From: Pseudomonas aeruginosa
Lineage (GTDB): Bacteria; Pseudomonadota; Gammaproteobacteria; Pseudomonadales; Pseudomonadaceae
Direction: 5' to 3'
NCBI RefSeq assembly: GCF_001457615.1
Contig: NZ_LN831024.1
Span: 1,830,001-1,862,000, forward strand
Length of the DNA: 32,000 bases
Part shown: positions 25,795-32,000 of the stretch, piece by piece
Layout of the letters: each line of letters starts with the position of its first letter
How positions within the stretch are numbered: position 1 is the stretch's first letter
Made by a program: the position numbers and the translations under genes
The notes under the pieces: model-generated
Told to the model about the DNA's origin: nothing
Database searches by the model: none
Seen by the model: the letters and a program-made list of their open reading frames with translations, nothing else

Positions 25795-26853
25795 TCACTG
25801 CATGTTGATGATCACCGCTTCCTGCCACTGCCGCGGCAGGCGCTTGGAGGTTTCCTCCCAGGCCTTGGCGTCCTTGATCGGCTGGGCCTTGGCGTACTGC
25901 TCGTTGGGTAGCAGTTGGGCCTTCACGTCGTCCGGCAGGGTCAGGCTCTCGGCGCGGATCGGTCGCGCGTTGCCCTTGGCCAGGTTGATCTGTCCGGCGT
26001 CGCTGAAGATGTACTCGCGGGCGAGCTTGGCGGCGTTCGGGTGCTTGGCGTACTTGTTGATGATGGTGGTGTAGCCGGAGATCACCGAGCCGTCCGAGGG
26101 GATCAGCACCTCGAAGCGCTCCGGGTCGATCTGCTGGCGGTAGCTGAGGCCGTTGAAGTCCCAGACGATGCCGACTTCGACCTCGCCCTTTTCCAGGGTG
26201 GCGATCACCGGGTTGGTCAGCGACAGGCGGCCCTGCTTGGCGATCTTGCCGAAGAACTCCAGGCCCGGCTTGATGTTCTTCTCGTCGCCGCCGTTGGCGA
26301 TGGCCGCGGCGAGCACCCCATTGACCGCCTGGGCGGCAGCGCTGACGTCGCCGATGGTGACCTTGTACTTGCCCTGCAGCAGGTCGGCCCAGCTGTGCGG
26401 TACGTCCTTCACCAGTTGTTTGTTGACGATGAAGGCGATGGTCCCGGTGTAGGCGAGTGCCCAGTGGCCGTCCTGGTCCTTGGCCCAGGCCGGGATCTGT
26501 TCCCAGGTGCTCGGCTTGTACGGCTGGCTGACGCCCTGCTGCACGGCGATGGGGCCGAAGGCGGCGCCGACGTCGCCGATGTCGGCGCTGGCGTTGTCCT
26601 TCTCGGCCTTGAACTTGGCCAGCTCCTGGGCCGAACTCATGTCGGTATCCATGTGCTTGAGCCCATACTTGCTCTCAAGGTCCTTCCAGGTGTCCTTCCA
26701 GTTCGCCCAGCTGTCGGGCATGCCGACGCTGTTGACCTGGCCTTCCTTGCGCGCGGCCTGTTCCAGCGCCTGCAGGTCCGCTTCGGCGGCCAACGCCAGG
26801 CCGCTGCCGAGGGCGATGGCGGTTCCCAGCAATGAAGCAAGCATGCGTTTCAT
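25795..26853 (-). CDS. Periplasmic binding protein of the same ABC cassette (extracellular solute-binding family 1-type)
   Basis: MKRMLASLLGTAIALGSGLALAAEADLQALEQAARKEGQVNSVGMPDSWANWKDTWKDLESKYG ... AYTGTIAFIVNKQLVKDVPHSWADLLQGKYKVTIGD ... ANPAAKLAREYIFS-like C-terminus, resembling spermidine/Fe3+-family binding proteins. Confidence 0.9.
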   Translation of the reverse strand: MKRMLASLLGTAIALGSGLALAAEADLQALEQAARKEGQVNSVGMPDSWANWKDTWKDLESKYGLKHMDTDMSSAQELAKFKAEKDNASADIGDVGAAFGPIAVQQGVSQPYKPSTWEQIPAWAKDQDGHWALAYTGTIAFIVNKQLVKDVPHSWADLLQGKYKVTIGDVSAAAQAVNGVLAAAIANGGDEKNIKPGLEFFGKIAKQGRLSLTNPVIATLEKGEVEVGIVWDFNGLSYRQQIDPERFEVLIPSDGSVISGYTTIINKYAKHPNAAKLAREYIFSDAGQINLAKGNARPIRAESLTLPDDVKAQLLPNEQYAKAQPIKDAKAWEETSKRLPRQWQEAVIINMQ

Positions 26854-26934
26854 TCGGTGCTCCTTCGTTCGAGAGGTTCGGTCGGGCAGCCTCGGGAGTT
26901 CTCGACGCTCCTTCGGGCGGGACTGCCGCGGGTG

Positions 26935-26946
26935 TGGTCTAGATCA
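26935..26946. promoter_or_regulatory. Candidate GntR/UTRA operator upstream of the binding-protein gene
   Basis: TGGTCTAGATCA; a related TCTAGA core lies 25 bp away at 26963-26968. Confidence 0.5.
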
Positions 26947-27189
26947 GCAAGACCCAGGCCAATCTAGAGCCGCTGGATGACGGTTTCATGTCAGCTAGCC
27001 GCGCCTGGCATCGCCGCGGCTTGCATCCGCAGAAGCGTAGACCATGCTTAAGCCCTCGATTCCATGGGCGCCGGGCGCCTCCGGGAAGACCGTTGTCTTG
27101 TAGCTGTCACGTCCCGGTCATCTGGGTTTCCTAGCATCGGACGAGCCGGAGGCACAGGGCGGGCCGGCGGAAATGCCCCTTGTTGGGGC

Positions 27190-27201
27190 TGGACTAGACC
27201 A
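27190..27201. promoter_or_regulatory. Candidate GntR/UTRA operator upstream of the regulator gene
   Basis: TGGACTAGACCA, 15 bp upstream of the regulator ATG at 27217 and matching TGGTCTAGATCA at 10 of 12 positions. Confidence 0.55.
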
Positions 27202-27216
27202 ATAAGGAAGCTGTCG

Positions 27217-27933
27217 ATGCGTGACGAAGCGCTACCCACCGTAACGGCGATCTGCCGGGCGCTCAGCGAGCAGATCGGCCATGGTCTGCTGCCGGCGGGT
27301 GGCAAGCTGCCGGCCGAGCGCAAGCTCAGCGAGCTGTTCGCGACGACCCGGATCACCCTGCGCGAGGCGCTGATCCAACTGGAGTCGCAGGGCCTGATCT
27401 ACCGCGAGGAGCGCCGCGGCTGGTTCGTCTCCCCCGAGCGGCTGGCCTACAACCCGCTGGTCCGCAGTCACTTCCATGCGATGGTCAGCGAACAGGGCCG
27501 GGTGCCGGCGACCGAGGTTCTGTCGGCCCGGCAGATGCCGGCGAGCGCGGCGGTCTGCGAGCTGCTGGAGCTGCCGGCGCTGTCCAGCGTCTACCAGATC
27601 CGCCGGGCGCGGCGGGTGGACGGGCGGCTGGTGCTGTATGTCGAGCACTACCTGAACGCGCAGTACTTCCCCGGGATCCTCGGCCACGACCTGACCCGCT
27701 CGCTGACCGAACTCTATGCCAGCGAGTACGGCATCCACTATGGGCGGGTGCGTTTCGACATGGTGCCCACCGCACTGCATGCCGAGGCTGCGGCGCCGCT
27801 GAAGGTGGCGGTGGGCAGCCCGGCCCTGCGCATCAGCCGGATCAACCGCGACCAGCGTGGTCGGCTGATCGACTGCGACCTGGAGTTCTGGCGCCACGAC
27901 GCCATCCATATCAGCGTCGAGGTACCGCAGTAA
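27217..27933 (+). CDS. GntR-family regulator with UTRA effector domain (HutC/PhnF-like)
   Basis: HTH GLLPAGGKLPAERKLSELFATTRITLREALIQLESQGLIYREERRGWFVSPERLAYNP; UTRA-like LSSVYQIRRARRVDGRLVLYVEHYLNAQYFPGI and C-terminal INRDQRGRLIDCDLEFWRHDAIHISVEV. Confidence 0.93.
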   Translation: MRDEALPTVTAICRALSEQIGHGLLPAGGKLPAERKLSELFATTRITLREALIQLESQGLIYREERRGWFVSPERLAYNPLVRSHFHAMVSEQGRVPATEVLSARQMPASAAVCELLELPALSSVYQIRRARRVDGRLVLYVEHYLNAQYFPGILGHDLTRSLTELYASEYGIHYGRVRFDMVPTALHAEAAAPLKVAVGSPALRISRINRDQRGRLIDCDLEFWRHDAIHISVEVPQ

Positions 27934-27998
27934 CGCCACGCGTCGACGACCTGCGGCACCTTCTGCGAGGATGGGGCTCCGGGAAAAGGAGCCCTCGC

Positions 27999-28550
27999 AT
28001 GTTCATACTGCCGATTTCGTCCGACCTGCACCTGGAGCTGCTCGACCAGCCGCGCGCGGAGGAACTGTTCCGCCTGGTACGTGCCAACAGCGAGCACCTG
28101 GCGCCCTGGATGCCGTGGGTGCCGCTGACGCAGAGCGTGGACGATACCCGCCGTTTCATTGGCGAAGGCCAGCGGTTGTGGGCGGAGCGCAGGAGCTGCC
28201 GCTGCGGGATCGTAGAATCCGGATGCCTGGTCGGCGTCATCGACCTGCACGACTTCACCGAGGACAGTCGCAGCGCCAGCATCGGCTACTGGCTGGCGGC
28301 GTCCGCGCAAGGGCGCGGGCTGCTGGCCAGGGCGTTGGGGAAGACGATCGAGCTGGGTTTCCTTGGCTACGACCGGCAGCGCCTGGTGATCCGCTGTTCC
28401 ACCGAGAACCTGCGCAGCCAGCGCGCCGCCGAGCGCCAGGGCTTCCGGCGCGACGGAGTGATCCGGGCCAACGAGATCATCGCCGGGCGTGCCCACGACC
28501 ATGCGATCTACACGCTGTTGCGCAGCGAATGGCACGCTGCGCACGCCTGA
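27999..28550 (+). CDS. GNAT-family N-acetyltransferase (RimJ/RimL-like)
   Basis: MFILPISSDLHLELLDQPRAEELFRLVRANSEHLAPWMPWV ... ASIGYWLAASAQGRGLLARALGKTIELGFLGYDRQRLVIRCSTENLRSQRAAERQGFRRDGV. Confidence 0.93.
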   Translation: MFILPISSDLHLELLDQPRAEELFRLVRANSEHLAPWMPWVPLTQSVDDTRRFIGEGQRLWAERRSCRCGIVESGCLVGVIDLHDFTEDSRSASIGYWLAASAQGRGLLARALGKTIELGFLGYDRQRLVIRCSTENLRSQRAAERQGFRRDGVIRANEIIAGRAHDHAIYTLLRSEWHAAHA

Positions 28551-28553
28551 GTG

Positions 28554-28575
28554 GCCCCGGGCGAATGCCCGGGGC
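28554..28575. terminator. GC-rich hairpin between convergent acetyltransferase and aminopeptidase genes
   Basis: GCCCCGGGC-GAAT-GCCCGGGGC, perfect 9-bp stem just after the stop at 28550; no T-run on either side. Confidence 0.5.
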
Positions 28576-28592
28576 GTGAGCGCGCCTGGCGC

Positions 28593-29882
28593 TCAGGGCA
28601 GCTCGCTGCTGGCGTAGAAGGCGCCGAGCACCTTGACCAGGTGCGCCAGGTCATGGCTACCGGCCAGCTCGCGAATCGAGTGCATGGCGAAGGTCGGCAG
28701 GCCTATGTCGACGGTGCGCACGCCGACCTGGCTGGCGGTGATCGGGCCGATGGTCGAGCCGCATCCCATGTCGCTGCGGGTCACGAAGCTCTGCACCGGC
28801 ACTTCGCTGTCCTGGCAGAGGTGGCGGAAGAAGCCGGCGGTTTCGCTGTTGGTGGCATAGCGCTGGTTGCTGTTGATCTTGATCACCGGACCGCCGTTCA
28901 GCGCCGGGCCATGGTTGGCGTCGTGCTTGTCGGCGTAGTTCGGGTGTACGCCATGGGCGTTGTCGGCCGAGACCAGCAGCGAGCGCTGGATCGCCCGGCT
29001 GAAGGCGTCGCCTTCCGGCAGCAGGCGGCGCAGTACCTGTTCGAGGAACGGACCGTCGGCGCCGCAATGCGAACAGGAACCGACTTCCTCGTGGTCGGTG
29101 CAGACCAGGATGCAGTTCTCGTCGCCTTCGGCGTTGAGCAGGGCTTCCAGGCCGGCGTGGCAGGACAGCAGGTTGTCCAGGCGCGCCCCGGCGATGAACT
29201 CGTCGTTGAGACCTACCACCGCGGCGGACTGGGTGTCGTAGAACGACAGCTCGTAGTCCAGTACCACGTCGGCGGTGATGCCGTGCTCGCGCAGCAGCTG
29301 TTCGTCGAGCAGCAGGCGGAAGTCGGCGGCCTCGCCCGGCGCCAGTTGGGCGATGATCGGCGGCAGTTCGTTCTGCGCGTTGATCGGCCAACCCTCGTTG
29401 GCGGCGCGGTTGAGATGGATGGCCAGGTTGGGGATTACCGCGATGGCCTTGCGGAAGTCGACCAGGCGGCTTTCCAGCTTGCCATTGGCGCGGAAGGTGA
29501 CGCGCCCGGCCAGCGACAGGTCGCGGTCGAACCAGGGGGCGAAGAGGGCGCCGCCATAGACTTCGACGCCGAGCTGGAGGAAGCCGTTGCGAGCGATCTC
29601 CGGGTTCGGCTTGACCCGCAGGCAGGGGCTGTCGGTGTGCGCGCCGACCAGGCGGAAGCCGCTTTCCAGGGGCGAGCGACGGCCCAGGCGGATGGCGATC
29701 AGCGACGAGTCGTTACGGGTCACGTAGTAGCGGCCGCCGGTTTCGGTGTGCCAGGCGTCGCGCTCGTCGAGGCGGCGGTAGCCGGCGGCTTCCAGGCGGC
29801 GGGCGAGGCTGGCGGTGGCATGGAAAGGCGTGGGCGAGGCCTTGAGGAAATCGATCAGGCCCTGGTTGAGTTCTGCGCGCAT
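28593..29882 (-). CDS. apeB: M18-family aminopeptidase
   Basis: [44 protein letters not shown]; metal ligands [43 protein letters not shown]. Confidence 0.95.
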   Translation of the reverse strand: MRAELNQGLIDFLKASPTPFHATASLARRLEAAGYRRLDERDAWHTETGGRYYVTRNDSSLIAIRLGRRSPLESGFRLVGAHTDSPCLRVKPNPEIARNGFLQLGVEVYGGALFAPWFDRDLSLAGRVTFRANGKLESRLVDFRKAIAVIPNLAIHLNRAANEGWPINAQNELPPIIAQLAPGEAADFRLLLDEQLLREHGITADVVLDYELSFYDTQSAAVVGLNDEFIAGARLDNLLSCHAGLEALLNAEGDENCILVCTDHEEVGSCSHCGADGPFLEQVLRRLLPEGDAFSRAIQRSLLVSADNAHGVHPNYADKHDANHGPALNGGPVIKINSNQRYATNSETAGFFRHLCQDSEVPVQSFVTRSDMGCGSTIGPITASQVGVRTVDIGLPTFAMHSIRELAGSHDLAHLVKVLGAFYASSELP

Positions 29883-30050
29883 AGTGGCTCCGGACGGCAA
29901 TCCATGCAGTCTATCGTATTGTCCGACGGGGTTCAGGTCGTTGGCGGCGGGGCCGGCCAGAAAAAGCGGAAGCTGGTCGTTGTATGGCAAGACGGGGTAC
30001 CGGAAATCGGCGGGCGGCGTCCCGGCGGGCCGGGACGCGGCGGGGAAGGC

Positions 30051-30686
30051 TCAGAACGGCGCCGGCGACTCGAAGCGCAGGCGTTCGCCGCTCTGCGGAT
30101 GGGTCAGGCACAGCAGGCTGGCGTGCAGGCACAGGCGTTCGTGGGCGGCGAGGGCTTCGGGGTTGGCGTAGAGGCGGTCGCCGAGCAGCGGATGGCCGAT
30201 GGAGAGCATGTGCACGCGCAACTGGTGCGAACGGCCGGTGATCGGCGTCAGCTCGACCCTGCTCCAGCGTTCATGACGCTCGATCACACGCCAGAAGGTC
30301 AGGGCGTGGCGGCCGTGCTCGAAGTCCACCACGTGACGCGGCTTGGTCGGCGGGTCGTAGCGCAGCGGCAGCTCGATGCGCCCGCTGTCCAGTTCCGGCA
30401 GGCCCCAGCAAAGGGCGGTATAGGCTTTCTCGGTCTCGCGGTCGTGGAACTGGCGGGACAGCTCGCGGTGGCTGTCGGCGTCGCGGGCGAGCACCATCAG
30501 GCCGGAGGTTTCCCAGTCCAGGCGGTGGACGATGCGGGCCTCGGGATAGCCGTTTTCCTGCAGGCGGGTGACCAGGCAGTCCTTGTTGTCATCGGCGCGG
30601 CCGGGCACCGACAGCAGCAGGGTGGGCTTGTCGACCACCAGCAGGGCGTCATCCTGGTGAACGATTCGGATCTGGGACAGCGGCAT
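30051..30686 (-). CDS. rluA: RluA-family pseudouridine synthase
   Basis: Catalytic motif RIVHRLDWETSGLMVLARDADSHRELSRQFHDRETEKAY and LTPITGRSHQLRVHMLSIGHPLLGDRLY. Confidence 0.93.
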   Translation of the reverse strand: MPLSQIRIVHQDDALLVVDKPTLLLSVPGRADDNKDCLVTRLQENGYPEARIVHRLDWETSGLMVLARDADSHRELSRQFHDRETEKAYTALCWGLPELDSGRIELPLRYDPPTKPRHVVDFEHGRHALTFWRVIERHERWSRVELTPITGRSHQLRVHMLSIGHPLLGDRLYANPEALAAHERLCLHASLLCLTHPQSGERLRFESPAPF

Positions 30687-30746
30687 AGCGAACGGGCTCA
30701 TCGCCGGGAGGCGGCAGGGAGCCTGGCGGGCAGGCTCGGTGAAACG

Positions 30747-30773
30747 ACTGCGGCGGCCAATGGCCGCCGCAGT
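30747..30773. repeat. Perfect 12-bp inverted repeat between minE and rluA
   Basis: ACTGCGGCGGCC-AAT-GGCCGCCGCAGT; no T-tract on either side. Confidence 0.85.
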
Positions 30774-30789
30774 ATGGACCCTGGGCGAA

Positions 30790-31044
30790 TCAACGATCCG
30801 GCAGGGTGATGTTGAGTTCCAGGATCGAGCAGTTGCCCTGGTTCTCCAGTTCCACCTGGATCTGCTCCTGGTCGATCGGTACGTACTTGCGGATCACTTC
30901 CAGCAGGTCTTTCTGCAACTGGGGCAGATAATCCGGCTGTGCGCGCTGGCCACGTTCGTGGGCAACGATGATCTGCAGTCGTTCTTTCGCGATGGAAGCG
31001 CTGTTCTGCGATTTCCGACTGCGAAAGAAGTCTAAAAGGCTCAT
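30790..31044 (-). CDS. minE: Cell division topological specificity factor MinE
   Basis: [84 protein letters not shown]. Confidence 0.98.
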   Translation of the reverse strand: MSLLDFFRSRKSQNSASIAKERLQIIVAHERGQRAQPDYLPQLQKDLLEVIRKYVPIDQEQIQVELENQGNCSILELNITLPDR

Positions 31045-31856
31045 TCACGTCCTCCGAACAGTCTTTGCAGGAATCCTTTCTTCTGCACATCGAGGAATCG
31101 ATGCGGTATTTCCTTGCCGAGCAGGCGGTCGACCGCATCGCTGTACGCCTGGCCGGCGTCGCTCTGCTCGTCGAGGATCACCGGCACGCCCTGGTTCGAC
31201 GCCTTGAGCACGGCCTGGGATTCCGGGATCACCCCGAGCAGGCGGATGGCGAGGATCTCCTCGACATCGTCGACGCCGAGCATCTCGCCCTTGGTGACGC
31301 GCTCCGGGTTGTAGCGGGTCAGCAGCAGGTGTTCCTTGATCGGCTCCTCGCCTTTCTCGGCGCGCTGCGACTTGCTTGCCAGCAGGCCGAGCATGCGGTC
31401 GGAGTCGCGTACCGAGGAAACCTCGGGGTTGGTCACGACGATCGCTTCGTCGGCGAAGTACATGGCCAGGTGGGCGCCTTTCTCGATGCCCGCCGGGGAG
31501 TCGCAGATGATGTATTCGAAATCCTTGCGCAGTTCGGCCATGACTTTCTCGACGCCTTCCTTGGTCAGGGCGTCCTTGTCGCGGGTCTGGCTGGCGGCCA
31601 GGACATGCAGGTTTTCGAGGCGCTTGTCCTTGATCAGGGCCTGGGTGAGGGTGGCCTCGCCGTTGACGACGTTGACGAAGTCGTACACCACGCGGCGTTC
31701 GCAGCCCATGATAAGGTCGAGGTTACGCAGGCCGACGTCGAAGTCGACGATGACGGTCTTGAAACCGCGCAAGGCCAGGCCGGTGCCGATAGCTGCGCTG
31801 GTGGTGGTTTTACCGACGCCACCCTTACCGGAAGTGACTACGAGAATTTTGGCCAA
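31041..31856 (-). CDS. minD: Septum site-determining ATPase MinD
   Basis: [31 protein letters not shown] (deviant Walker A) and C-terminal amphipathic [11 protein letters not shown]; stop overlaps minE start. Confidence 0.98.
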   Translation of the reverse strand: MAKILVVTSGKGGVGKTTTSAAIGTGLALRGFKTVIVDFDVGLRNLDLIMGCERRVVYDFVNVVNGEATLTQALIKDKRLENLHVLAASQTRDKDALTKEGVEKVMAELRKDFEYIICDSPAGIEKGAHLAMYFADEAIVVTNPEVSSVRDSDRMLGLLASKSQRAEKGEEPIKEHLLLTRYNPERVTKGEMLGVDDVEEILAIRLLGVIPESQAVLKASNQGVPVILDEQSDAGQAYSDAVDRLLGKEIPHRFLDVQKKGFLQRLFGGRE

Positions 31857-31917
31857 GGTGATTCACCCCAATGAAAAACGTAAGAATTCTGGTCCCTGAA
31901 AGTGGCGGCAGTATCCG

Positions 31918-32000
31918 TTAAAGGCGGGTGATGTTCAACACGTCACCCGACAGGCTGACGTGCACTGCCTTGCCCCACTGCGGGCTGCGTCGCAGGTCCT
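31918..32000 (-). CDS. minC: Septum site-determining protein MinC (partial, 3' end only)
   Basis: Minus-strand translation ends DLRRSPQWGKAVHVSLSGDVLNITRL followed by TAA; directly upstream of minD. Confidence 0.85.
   Translation of the reverse strand, partial: DLRRSPQWGKAVHVSLSGDVLNITRL

Noticed and set aside
28551-30809. 752-aa plus-strand ORF
   Set aside because: Covers the antisense of apeB and rluA; neither its composition nor its boundaries support a real gene.
1-32000. CRISPR array, retron, prophage or insertion sequence
   Set aside because: No regularly spaced direct repeats, reverse transcriptase, transposase, integrase or phage structural motifs were recognised on either strand by reading.

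Overview
This 32 kb window is GC-rich Pseudomonas core genome, almost certainly P. aeruginosa. By remembered synteny it matches the PAO1 interval from a two-component hybrid kinase (about PA3271) down to minD/minC (PA3244/PA3243); no alignment was run. I support about 26 protein-coding genes, two at the window edges and therefore partial, plus tRNA-Val(UAC) and tRNA-Asp(GUC) behind a strong sigma70-like promoter. I saw no phage, transposon, CRISPR array or defence island. Many long ORFs in the supplied track (57..3353+, 18336..20558+, 28551..30809+, 5641..8025-) are GC-rich shadow ORFs opposite real genes. The best signals are: (1) two hairpins with ACGA and ACGG tetraloops upstream of a Gdx/SugE guanidinium exporter, a guanidine-II (mini-ykkC) riboswitch; (2) a binding-protein/phosphodiesterase-like/permease/permease/ATPase/HAD cassette divergent from a GntR/UTRA regulator, with matching TCTAGA/CTAGA operator-like dyads at both promoters, plausibly an uncharacterised phosphorus-compound uptake system; (3) two inverted DnaA-box-like motifs forming a perfect 10-bp dyad upstream of a YkvA-like gene, far from oriC; (4) a compact HTH / unknown / Sel1-like gene group; (5) a lysophospholipid transporter-acyltransferase fusion; (6) a Fur-box-like 7-1-7 dyad upstream of a FecA-like receptor. 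I found no convincing wholly new system. The phosphorus-type cassette, the HTH/unknown/Sel1 group and the DnaA-box dyad are the best candidates for follow-up.
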